Shown here piece by piece: positions 56,264-64,000 of a stretch of DNA of 64,000 nucleotides. The position numbers were made by a program, and so were the translations under genes. The notes beneath the pieces were generated by a model. It had not been told where the DNA came from. It saw only the letters and a list, made by a program, of their open reading frames with translations, and searched no databases. Origin of the DNA: Bacteroidales bacterium (GTDB lineage Bacteria > Bacteroidota > Bacteroidia > Bacteroidales > FEN-979). How positions within the stretch are numbered: the first letter of the stretch is position 1; each line of letters begins with the position of its first letter. The stretch lies in NCBI GenBank assembly GCA_035403225.1, contig DAONET010000001.1, positions 52,281 to 116,280 of the forward strand. The letters run 5' to 3'.

Positions 56264-56757
56264 TGTCCTGGTATCACCCGGAGAACTTCCTGACCGACGG
56301 TCTTCAGTTTCCACTTATTTCCGATATGATACCGTTGCAGTTTCAAACTCTTTAACAGATACCCGGAGGCAATAAGTCCGGCCCCGATTCCCACGTACAG
56401 CGGGTCGATGACCGGCCGGTTATCGGTGAGGTTGTTGATGATCGTGATACCAATCAGCGTGAATCCTGCCGCAATGATGGTACCTCCCCTTCCCTTCCAC
56501 CGGGGATATGTCCTCCAAATGTATTTTACTTCGGTCAGGCGAATAGGGAACCTGCCATCAATCGTGAACCCGGAGTCGGAAACAGACGTGATCACAGCCG
56601 TCCGTGCAGCTGTGTCGGAAACAGTCTGAAAAATAATCTGTTCTCCGGGTTGGTAATAAAACCATTTTCCCGATCCCAGCTTTTCAAGCATCAGTATCTG
56701 CTGAGGAAAAAGAGAAAGGGTACAGAGCAAAAACGCAAGAGTCAGGATCGGCTTCAA
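56257..56757 (-). CDS. Hypothetical secreted/membrane protein
   Basis: 166 aa with a TTG start and a signal peptide (LAFLLCTLSLFPQQ). A small beta-rich domain is followed by two TM helices. It has its own TATCTTTG box upstream. Confidence 0.5.
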   Translation of the reverse strand: MKPILTLAFLLCTLSLFPQQILMLEKLGSGKWFYYQPGEQIIFQTVSDTAARTAVITSVSDSGFTIDGRFPIRLTEVKYIWRTYPRWKGRGGTIIAAGFTLIGITIINNLTDNRPVIDPLYVGIGAGLIASGYLLKSLKLQRYHIGNKWKLKTVGQEVLRVIPGHQ

Positions 56758-56775
56758 TGTCAGCGATTTTCAAAT

Positions 56776-56783
56776 CAAAGATA
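56776..56783 (-). promoter_or_regulatory. Bacteroidota -7 promoter box TATCTTTG for the 56257..56757 gene
   Basis: The reverse complement of caaagata matches TAnnTTTG, 18 nt upstream of the TTG start at 56757. Confidence 0.5.
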
Positions 56784-56821
56784 AACAATTTTCCGGGTCC
56801 TGATGTCCGGCAGGTTTTCAG

Positions 56822-56829
56822 TACCTTTG
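56822..56829 (+). promoter_or_regulatory. Possible -7 promoter box TACCTTTG for the LpxR-like gene
   Basis: Exact TAnnTTTG match, but only 8 nt upstream of ATG 56838. This would give a near-leaderless mRNA. Confidence 0.4.
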
Positions 56830-56837
56830 ACGCCTCA

Positions 56838-58133
56838 ATGAGACTGAGTTTAACCATATTACTATCGGCAGTAGTGTTGATCAGCTGCAACGGGCCAGCG
56901 CATCGGTCCGAGGATGATTTTTCGGATGATTTATCAAGACCTGAGATTATTTGGCCGGAAACACCCGGGATGATCAAGGCCGGGCATCATCCGGACAGTC
57001 TGTGTACACCATCCTCATTCATTGAAAGAGAGAAAAACCGGCCCCGGTCTGGTTCATTTTCCTCGCCGGAATCGGAGGAAATCGTGAAGCAAAGAGGTCC
57101 TGATACGTTGCTGATCAGGAAACTGAATCGTTTACGGGCGCTTCGGATCGAACCGGATCTGAACGAACCGTTAAGCCGGGATTACCTGTTCAGCCGGATT
57201 GAAAGCGACGGTTTCCCTTCGCTGATCGAACTCAGTCCTGAACGTTACTTTCAACTCCAGGTCGACAATGATCTTTTGGACAACACAGACCGTTTTTACA
57301 CCAATGGTGTCCGTCTGGAATACATCTGTCCGGCGTTTAGCAGTTCGCCGGTAAACAAGCTGATGCTTCCTTACTGGAGACCGGGCACCAACTATTATGG
57401 TCTGGCGCTGGTTCAGAATATGTACACCTCGTCCAAAACCAAAGTCGGTGGCATCCTGTACGGCGACCGTCCTTATGCCGCGTATCTGTATCTTTCGTCA
57501 TTTAAGATCACCAACGACCCGGTTCATCACCTCCGGCAAAGCAGTGAGATCCAATTGGGGATCCTCGGTCCGGCATCATTGGGAAGTACCATGCAGACCT
57601 GGTTTCATATGACCGTTCCGACGAACGATAAACCACTGGGGTGGGAGTATCAGATCGCCAATGATCTGTTGCTGAATTACCGGGTATCATACGATCTGGG
57701 GTTGATCTCTCATCCGTATGCCGAGCTTAATCTGACCGGAACAGCCATTGCGGGAACCGTTTACGACAAGATCAACGGCGGCCTCTGTTTCAGGACCGGC
57801 TTGCTGAATCCCTATTTTACCGAGTTGGGTTTCAGCAAGAAGCAGAAAAACCGGCGGGCCGGGATGAGGGATCTGCAGTGTTACTTTTATACCAAAGCAT
57901 CAGGCACCCTGGTAGGATACGATGCCACCCTGCAGGGAGGGGTATTCAACCACGAGAGCGTATACACGATCCCGGCCGACAGTCTCTCGCGGCTTCAGTT
58001 CGAAGGTTCGGCAGGCTTTGTTTTCACTTATGGCGGTGCCAGGCTGGATGTGGAGCAACACGCTATCAGTCCTGAGTTCCATGGTGGCTGGTGGCACTTT
58101 TGGATGGGAATCGGGCTGGGCTTCAGTTTCTGA
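56838..58133 (+). CDS. LpxR-family (DUF2219) lipid A deacylase-like outer-membrane lipoprotein with an N-terminal extension
   Basis: The start is chosen at MRLSLTILLSAVVLISC (lipobox LISC). The core motif VDNDLLDNTDRFYTNGVRLEY matches the LpxR DND...TDR.YT.G signature. About 140 aa precede the barrel. Confidence 0.65.
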   Translation: MRLSLTILLSAVVLISCNGPAHRSEDDFSDDLSRPEIIWPETPGMIKAGHHPDSLCTPSSFIEREKNRPRSGSFSSPESEEIVKQRGPDTLLIRKLNRLRALRIEPDLNEPLSRDYLFSRIESDGFPSLIELSPERYFQLQVDNDLLDNTDRFYTNGVRLEYICPAFSSSPVNKLMLPYWRPGTNYYGLALVQNMYTSSKTKVGGILYGDRPYAAYLYLSSFKITNDPVHHLRQSSEIQLGILGPASLGSTMQTWFHMTVPTNDKPLGWEYQIANDLLLNYRVSYDLGLISHPYAELNLTGTAIAGTVYDKINGGLCFRTGLLNPYFTELGFSKKQKNRRAGMRDLQCYFYTKASGTLVGYDATLQGGVFNHESVYTIPADSLSRLQFEGSAGFVFTYGGARLDVEQHAISPEFHGGWWHFWMGIGLGFSF

Positions 58134-58185
58134 ATTGTTCATAACTAATTCCATTCCTACCATTCTTTTGGAAGGTTTGATGTTT

Positions 58186-58193
58186 TACTTTTG
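58186..58193 (+). promoter_or_regulatory. Possible -7 promoter box TACTTTTG for dnaB
   Basis: Exact TAnnTTTG match ending 4 nt before ATG 58198. This suggests a leaderless dnaB mRNA if the box is functional. Confidence 0.4.
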
Positions 58194-58197
58194 AAAC

Positions 58198-59766
58198 ATG
58201 GAAGATCAAAATTATAAGTCAGCGGAGTCGCTGGGACAAGACAAAAGGCAACTATCTGAAGGACAAGGTCTAAGCAGAAAGAAACCCAGAAATCCCTCCC
58301 CCAACGAATCGTATTTTCAGTTCGGGAAAGTTCCTCCTCAGGCCATCGAGCTTGAAGAGGCGGTTCTCGGCGCGATGATGTTGGAAAAGGATGCGCTGAC
58401 AGAGGTGATCGAGATCCTGAGTCCGCAAGTGTTTTACAAGGAATCGCACCGGGTGATCTTTTCTGCGATTCAACGCTTGTTTGCAGACACAGAACCAATT
58501 GACATACTTACTGTTACAGAAGCCCTGAAGAAAAGCGGTGAGCTTGAAATGGCGGGAGGTCCGTATTACATCACCATGTTGACCAACCGGGTAGCCTCAG
58601 CGGCCAACATCGAGTATCATGCTCATATCATCTTACAGAAATACATACAGCGGGAGTTGATCAAGATCTCTTCGGAAGTGATCAAGGATGCTTACGAAGA
58701 CACGACCGATGTTTTCGACCTTCTCGACAAGGCAGAGAGCAACTTATTTCAGATCTCGGAAAGCAGTTTGCGGCGCACCTCCCGCACGATGCAAGCCCTG
58801 GTGAAAGAAGCCATTGAGGAGATTGCTGCCGGGCGTAAAAATGACGGGCATCTGAAGGGAGTGGGGACCGGGTTTAGTGAGTTGGACCGCATCACCGGCG
58901 GCTGGCAGAAATCCGATCTCATTATCATCGCTTCGCGTCCCGGTATGGGAAAGACCGCGTTGTCGCTGACCATGGCCCGGAATGCGGCTGTCGATTTTAA
59001 AAAACCCATCGCGGTATTTTCGCTGGAAATGTCCGCCGTGCAGCTGGTCACCAGGCTGATCTCCAGCGAAACCGGCATCAATGCCGAGAAGCTGAAGAAA
59101 GGGAACCTCAATGACATCGAGTGGCAGCATCTGAACAGCAAGATCACCACCCTGATCGATGCTCCGATTTTTATCGACGACACTCCGGCGTTGACGATTT
59201 TCGAGTTGCGTGCCAAGACCCGCCGGCTGAAAGCGCAGCACGACATTGATATGATCATCCTCGACTACCTGCAGTTGATGCAGGGAGGCGCCGAGCATAA
59301 AGGGAACCGTGAGCAGGAGATCAGCAGCATCTCCCGGTCGCTGAAAGCCCTGGCCAAGGAGCTCAACATCCCGATCATTGCTTTGTCACAGTTGAGCCGT
59401 GATGTGGAAAAAAGAGGGGGCACCAAAAAGCCGATCCTCTCCGACCTTCGTGAATCGGGTTCTATTGAGCAGGATGCCGACATGGTGCTTTTCATCTACC
59501 GGCCGGAGTATTACAAGATCGAGACGGACGAAAAGGGAGAATCCACCAACGGGACAGCTGAAATCAGCATTGCCAAGAACAGAAGCGGCGCCACAAAAGA
59601 CATCAAGCTGCGGTTCATTGCCCAATATGCGAAGTTTGCCGACTATTCCGACGAATATGATCCCTCGGACACTATTTCACCCAATACCTCGTTTGATGGG
59701 CAGGTACGTACACGAAATGTGATGTCGAGGATGGATGAAATTGACCATGAAGATCCGACTTTCTAA
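58198..59766 (+). CDS. dnaB: Replicative DNA helicase DnaB
   Basis: 522 aa with the N-terminal domain PPQAIELEEAVLGAMM, Walker A ASRPGMGKTA, and the motifs ISRSLKALAKELNIPIIALSQLSR and IEQDADMV. Confidence 0.95.
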   Translation: MEDQNYKSAESLGQDKRQLSEGQGLSRKKPRNPSPNESYFQFGKVPPQAIELEEAVLGAMMLEKDALTEVIEILSPQVFYKESHRVIFSAIQRLFADTEPIDILTVTEALKKSGELEMAGGPYYITMLTNRVASAANIEYHAHIILQKYIQRELIKISSEVIKDAYEDTTDVFDLLDKAESNLFQISESSLRRTSRTMQALVKEAIEEIAAGRKNDGHLKGVGTGFSELDRITGGWQKSDLIIIASRPGMGKTALSLTMARNAAVDFKKPIAVFSLEMSAVQLVTRLISSETGINAEKLKKGNLNDIEWQHLNSKITTLIDAPIFIDDTPALTIFELRAKTRRLKAQHDIDMIILDYLQLMQGGAEHKGNREQEISSISRSLKALAKELNIPIIALSQLSRDVEKRGGTKKPILSDLRESGSIEQDADMVLFIYRPEYYKIETDEKGESTNGTAEISIAKNRSGATKDIKLRFIAQYAKFADYSDEYDPSDTISPNTSFDGQVRTRNVMSRMDEIDHEDPTF

Positions 59767-61030
59767 ATATATCAAGACCCCGTTACTTCTCCTTTTCCTG
59801 TTCATGACGTTGTTTTCGAAAGGAGCCTATCTGCTTATCCCGATGGACAACACGCAGCAGAATCACCTGAAAGCCTATGGCATCGCGTATTGGGTGTTGA
59901 AGCAGGATGTAGAAGTGAGTTGGTTACTCAATTACCGGGGCGGCAGTTTCATGTTCCCGTATACCCAACCCTTTGAAGAGGAGTGTTCCATCCGCGGGGT
60001 CAGTTTTCAGGTAATCTCCGACGGGCAATCGGCCGCGATCCTGGATGAGATCGCCGATCCGCAGGTCAACATGGAGAATATCAAGCTTCACAAGGCGCCG
60101 CGCATTGCCGTATATTCACCCAAAAACAAGCAGCCGTGGGATGATGCCGTAACCCTGGCGCTGACCTATTCGGAGATCCCGTATGATGTGGTGTATGACG
60201 AAGAGATTATTTCGGGAGTACTCCCGATGTATGACTGGTTACACCTGCATCATGAAGATTTCACCGGGCAGTACGGAAAGTTCTGGGCTTCCTTTAAAAA
60301 CTATTCCTGGTACATTGATGATGTAAAAATCCAGGAAGACATGGCGGCGAAACTTGGTTTCAGCAAAGTTTCACAGATGAAACTGGCCGTCGCTCAGAAA
60401 ATCAGGGATTTCGTGGCCGGGGGCGGTTATCTATTCTCCATGTGCTCGGCGCCGGACAGTTATGATGTGGCCCTGGCCGCCGCAGGCATCGACATCTGCG
60501 ATGTCATGTTTGACGGCGATCCGCCGGATCCCAATGCGCAACAGAAACTGAATTACGACAATTGCTTCGCCTTCGAAAACTTCAAACTAAGTACCAATCC
60601 TTACGAATACGAAATCTCGTCCATCGACGTGACGGAAACGAGACCACGGTCGCTGACTCCGGCCACCGACTTCTTCACGCTGTTTGATTTTTCAGCAAAA
60701 TGGGATCCCGTCCCCACCATGTTGAACCAGGATCATGAGACCATCATCAAAGGTTTTATGGGGCAGACCACGGCTTTCAACAAAAAATACGTCAAGTCGT
60801 CGGTGCTGATTTTAGGGGAGAATAAATCGCTGAATGAAGCGCGGTATATTCATGGAGACTTTGGGAATGGCACCTGGACCTTTTTAGGAGGCCATGACCC
60901 GGAAGACTACCAGCACATGGTCGGAGACCCTCCTACCGATCTCAACCTTTATCCCAATTCACCCGGATACCGGTTGATTCTGAATAACGTACTTTTCCCT
61001 GCCGCCAAAAAGCAAAAGAGGAAGACCTGA
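59747..61030 (+). CDS. Conserved hypothetical secreted protein (family often mis-annotated as asparagine synthetase B in Bacteroidota; possibly GATase1-like fold)
   Basis: About 427 aa with the signal peptide (LLLLFLFMTLFSKGAYL). It overlaps the dnaB 3' end by 20 nt (32 nt if the 59735 ATG is used). The family assignment is from memory only. Confidence 0.55.
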   Translation: MKIRLSKYIKTPLLLLFLFMTLFSKGAYLLIPMDNTQQNHLKAYGIAYWVLKQDVEVSWLLNYRGGSFMFPYTQPFEEECSIRGVSFQVISDGQSAAILDEIADPQVNMENIKLHKAPRIAVYSPKNKQPWDDAVTLALTYSEIPYDVVYDEEIISGVLPMYDWLHLHHEDFTGQYGKFWASFKNYSWYIDDVKIQEDMAAKLGFSKVSQMKLAVAQKIRDFVAGGGYLFSMCSAPDSYDVALAAAGIDICDVMFDGDPPDPNAQQKLNYDNCFAFENFKLSTNPYEYEISSIDVTETRPRSLTPATDFFTLFDFSAKWDPVPTMLNQDHETIIKGFMGQTTAFNKKYVKSSVLILGENKSLNEARYIHGDFGNGTWTFLGGHDPEDYQHMVGDPPTDLNLYPNSPGYRLILNNVLFPAAKKQKRKT

Positions 61031-61033
61031 GTG

Positions 61034-61882
61034 TCAATGTTTGAGATAGGATGCTTTCATCCGCCATTGATAGGTAGTGGATCCGAAGTCGTAATAAACG
61101 CTGTCGTTGCATGATGTCAGGGCAGGAAAGCGGATATCGGAATTCATGATCTCAGCATCGGGCACAACCACCATGATCTTTCCCTGACGGGGCCAGGCGC
61201 ACCGGGAGGTATACACCGGGAACGCCACCGGGGTCTTTACGTCCGCCGAGAAAGAATGGCCTTTTGAGGAAATGCCTTCTGTCGTCCCCGTGAGCATGAT
61301 CAGTGACTGAAGCGGATATCCCGGCGCCGAGACAGGGACGCGGTATTCCAACCGGCTGCTGAACCGGATGACACCCGTGGTATCTTTATGAACGATCCCT
61401 TCCTTCACCGTATTGACGAACAGCAGGGAATCGTTTGTCATGCCGGCATTCACCAAACTGTCGTCGCCGGTAACGCTCATTCCGTCTTCTGCATAATCAA
61501 CGAAGGTGATGCTGATCGTCGTCCCGGTTGTATAAAAGTCACCGGAGAGGGTCATATCGACCCTGCCATACCTGAGGACGCTATCCGGGCCTGTTTCATT
61601 CAGGAAATAGAAACAATAGGTATTGGTTTGCGGGTTCAAGAGAACGCTGGCCCCATCGAACGAAGAATGGTAAGATTGTTGAAGCTCCTCATCATGGATG
61701 GCCCGTACCAGCATTCTGAAAGCGAAGGCGACCGGACGCTGGGCGATGATGAGGTCGTTGGCGGTATTCAGGTTCGGGTTCAGGTCAATGGATTCATTCT
61801 TCCGGCATGACATGAGGCATATCGTCGCGATGGCTATTACAGCCATGATACTTTTGCCCGGTAACTTACTTAACCCTGTCAT
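61034..61882 (-). CDS. Hypothetical lipoprotein
   Basis: 282 aa with a signal peptide and lipobox (IATICLMSC). It overlaps the folA 3' end by 17 nt on the same strand. I recognise no family motif. Confidence 0.55.
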   Translation of the reverse strand: MTGLSKLPGKSIMAVIAIATICLMSCRKNESIDLNPNLNTANDLIIAQRPVAFAFRMLVRAIHDEELQQSYHSSFDGASVLLNPQTNTYCFYFLNETGPDSVLRYGRVDMTLSGDFYTTGTTISITFVDYAEDGMSVTGDDSLVNAGMTNDSLLFVNTVKEGIVHKDTTGVIRFSSRLEYRVPVSAPGYPLQSLIMLTGTTEGISSKGHSFSADVKTPVAFPVYTSRCAWPRQGKIMVVVPDAEIMNSDIRFPALTSCNDSVYYDFGSTTYQWRMKASYLKH

Positions 61883-62354
61883 ACACGAGGTATGTATATT
61901 TAAATCCGACCCGTGGATCCGGGGGGCCTTCTGTGGAAGACACCAGGTCCCATTCCAGGGGATTCAGTTCCGGGAAGAAGACATCGCCTTGGAACTCCTG
62001 ATGGACAACAGTAAGATAAAGCCGGTCGCAAACAGGCAGAAACTGACGGTATATGGAGGCGCCGCCCATGACGAATGTTTCCTCGTCGGGGTTACACAGG
62101 GCGACAGCTTCGGGAATGGATCCGGCTACCTCAGCGCCATCAATCCGGTCTCCGGGGATATCGGAGATCACGATGTTGCGGCGGTTTGGCAGCGGGCGTT
62201 TGGGAAGGGATTCCCATGTTTTTTTACCCATGATCACGGGGTGACCCGAGGTGATCTTTTTAAACCGGATGAGGTCGTCGGGGATATGCCAGAGAAGCTG
62301 GTTGTTTTTCCCGATGGCGTTATTTTTTGCTATGGCTACGATGATGGAAATCAT
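61866..62354 (-). CDS. folA: Dihydrofolate reductase
   Basis: 162 aa with the DHFR motifs IVAIAKNNAIG, LPW, GHPVIMGKKTWES and FVMGGASIY. Confidence 0.92.
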   Translation of the reverse strand: MISIIVAIAKNNAIGKNNQLLWHIPDDLIRFKKITSGHPVIMGKKTWESLPKRPLPNRRNIVISDIPGDRIDGAEVAGSIPEAVALCNPDEETFVMGGASIYRQFLPVCDRLYLTVVHQEFQGDVFFPELNPLEWDLVSSTEGPPDPRVGFKYTYLVYDRVK

Positions 62355-62363
62355 GGGATCTGT

Positions 62364-63158
62364 TTAAACGGCAATTATTCCTTTGATATGGGGATGCGAC
62401 TGATAACCTGTCAGTTCAAAATCCTCATACCGGAAATCGAAGATACTCTTTATTTCCGGATTAATTTTCATGACAGGAAGCGGAAACGGAGTCCGGCTGA
62501 GTTGAAGTTTGACCTGGTCAATATGATTCAGGTAGATATGGGCATCGCCGAGGGTATGGATGAATTCCCCGGGTTTGAGGCCGGTTACCTGAGCCATCAT
62601 GAGTGTGAGGAGTGAGTAAGAAGCGATATTGAACGGCACGCCGAGAAAGATGTCGCAGCTACGTTGGTACATCTGGCAGGATAGTTCTCCATTAGCCACG
62701 TAGAACTGGAAAAGGAGATGGCAGGGTGGCAGCGCCATATCATCGAGTTGGGAGACATTCCAGGCGCTGACGATATGGCGGCGTGAATCCGGATCTTTGC
62801 GGATGGACTCCACCACCTGACTGATCTGGTCGATGTGGGTTCCGTCGTTCTTGGGCCAGTGTCGCCACTGGTATCCATACACCGGTCCCAATTCGCCATT
62901 TTCATCGGCCCATTCGTCCCAGATGCTCACTTTATGATCATGCAGGTATTGGATATTGGTTTCACCCCGAAGGAACCACAGCAATTCATGGAAAATAGAG
63001 CGCAGATGCAGTTTTTTGGTGGTGAGGACAGGAAATGTTTCCCGGAGGTCGAATCTCATCTGGTAGCCAAACACGCTGATGGTGCCTGTTCCTGTCCGGT
63101 CTTCCTTGCGGACTCCGTTCCTGAGCACATGATCAAGCAGGTCGAGGTATTGCTTCAT
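62364..63158 (-). CDS. thyA: Thymidylate synthase (ThyA)
   Basis: 264 aa: [11 protein letters not shown]....DRTGTGT.S.FG, with the active site PPCH..FQFYV. Confidence 0.97.
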   Translation of the reverse strand: MKQYLDLLDHVLRNGVRKEDRTGTGTISVFGYQMRFDLRETFPVLTTKKLHLRSIFHELLWFLRGETNIQYLHDHKVSIWDEWADENGELGPVYGYQWRHWPKNDGTHIDQISQVVESIRKDPDSRRHIVSAWNVSQLDDMALPPCHLLFQFYVANGELSCQMYQRSCDIFLGVPFNIASYSLLTLMMAQVTGLKPGEFIHTLGDAHIYLNHIDQVKLQLSRTPFPLPVMKINPEIKSIFDFRYEDFELTGYQSHPHIKGIIAV

Positions 63159-63745
63159 AGTTGAATGTGTCGTTTTTTAAACTCGTCCCTGATCTGAGAA
63201 GCCTTTTCATAATCTTCGCCTTCGAGGGCCAGCCGGAGCATCTCCCGGAGTTCTGTTTCCGAAAAGTCTGACAGGTCGTCGGAAGAGGTGGGTGCCGGTT
63301 CGGTCCCGGCGTTTTCGGTGGAGGCATCTGTTTCTTCATCGACGGTGACGCCGGCCACGCGGAGGATACTTTCGTAGGTGTATACGGGGCAATTAAATCT
63401 CAGGGCCAGGGCGATGGCATCGGAAGTACGGGAATCGATTTCCTGTTCATTTTCTTCCTGACGGCAAACGAGTTTCGCGAAGAAAACGCCGTCCTGAAAT
63501 TTGTTGATCACCACTTCTGTCAAGCGGATATTAAAAGATCCCGCGAACGACCGAAAAAGATCATGTGTCAGGGGACGGGGTGTTTTGATCTTTTCCAGTT
63601 CGATAGCGATAGCCTGGGCTTCAAAACTCCCGATAATAATGGGCAGTCGCCGGCGTCCGTTCCATTCTTCCAGGATCAGAGCATAGGCGCCACTTTGCGA
63701 TTGGCTGTATTTCATCCCGATGATCTCAAGGCGGATCTTTTCCAT
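63155..63745 (-). CDS. Bifunctional nuclease (DUF151/BFN) family protein with a C-terminal UVR motif
   Basis: 196 aa with the BFN core ([14 protein letters not shown]...PRPLTHDL) and a UvrB/C-like helical hairpin ([25 protein letters not shown]). Its stop overlaps the thyA ATG by 4 nt. Confidence 0.8.
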   Translation of the reverse strand: MEKIRLEIIGMKYSQSQSGAYALILEEWNGRRRLPIIIGSFEAQAIAIELEKIKTPRPLTHDLFRSFAGSFNIRLTEVVINKFQDGVFFAKLVCRQEENEQEIDSRTSDAIALALRFNCPVYTYESILRVAGVTVDEETDASTENAGTEPAPTSSDDLSDFSETELREMLRLALEGEDYEKASQIRDEFKKRHIQL

Positions 63746-63779
63746 GCGGTTATCCTGATTTCTTATAGCAAACCTACGG

Positions 63780-63787
63780 CAAATTTA
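63780..63787 (-). promoter_or_regulatory. Bacteroidota -7 promoter box TAAATTTG for the nuclease-thyA-folA operon
   Basis: The reverse complement of caaattta matches TAnnTTTG, 34 nt upstream of the ATG at 63745. Confidence 0.5.
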
Positions 63788-63839
63788 CCGATCAGACAAA
63801 TAGTGTGGAAAAATTCCGAACATGGTGTTTATTTGTTCT

Positions 63840-63847
63840 TAATTTTG
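63840..63847 (+). promoter_or_regulatory. Bacteroidota -7 promoter box TAATTTTG for the terminal partial gene
   Basis: Exact TAnnTTTG match, 28 nt upstream of ATG 63876. Confidence 0.5.
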
Positions 63848-63875
63848 CAATAACAACAATATAAAACCACCATTT

Positions 63876-64000
63876 ATGACCATGAAAAAACTAATCACTC
63901 TGATGGCAGCATTTTTTTTGCCATTCATGACTTTCGCGAGTGAAGCCGATCTGAAAATCCCCGAGCTGGGTGCTTCTCAAAACAACTTATTGTTGTTCGG
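63876..64000 (+). CDS. 5' fragment of a secreted/membrane protein; continues beyond the window end
   Basis: Hand translation gives MTMKKLITLMAAFFLPFMTFASEADLKIPELGASQNNLLLF, a signal-peptide-like N-terminus. It is too short to assign a family. Confidence 0.4.
   Translation, partial: MTMKKLITLMAAFFLPFMTFASEADLKIPELGASQNNLLLF

Overview
This is a dense chromosomal segment of about 60 genes, mostly housekeeping, and almost certainly from a Bacteroidota genome. The phylum call rests on TAnnTTTG -7 promoter boxes in front of most transcription units, a THX ribosomal protein, a Rho with a large N-terminal insertion next to a DUF4293 gene, and typical Bacteroidota envelope gene families. Recognisable content includes rho, rmuC, rlmB, ftsE, an ArgF/ArgI-type ornithine carbamoyltransferase, citrate lyase (a citD-citE fusion plus citF), recQ, hup, fmt and rsmG. 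It also includes an OPT peptide transporter with pepD, rpmH (53 aa, missed by the ORF track), RNase P RNA (rnpB, 34883..35275), wecB, gyrB, a MacA-like/MacB-permease/TolC efflux operon, a peroxiredoxin, mazG, proS, nif3, lpxK, dnaB and a folA-thyA operon. I found no rRNA or tRNA genes, no CRISPR array, no transposase, integrase or phage genes, and no recognisable defence system, so the window reads as core genome rather than an island. The strongest lead is a two-gene operon (47940..50973). It encodes an extreme low-complexity lipoprotein (a Tyr/Trp/Gly block, then a basic Thr/Gln/Arg/Ser tail with repeats that differ only synonymously) followed by a FadL-like outer-membrane barrel. Secondary leads are:
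- an LtaS/OpgB-like transferase, DAG-kinase-family lipid kinase and MscS operon
- an OPT, PqqD-like and PepD cluster
- citrate lyase lacking its accessory genes
- two GT-C-centred glycosylation modules
- a stand-alone receiver domain with Glu at the phospho-acceptor position
- a THX protein with a long Lys/Pro/Glu tail
- two lipid A deacylase-like genes near lpxK
All calls come from reading the translated ORFs and recalling family motifs. No database, HMM or structure search was possible, so family assignments are hypotheses of graded confidence.
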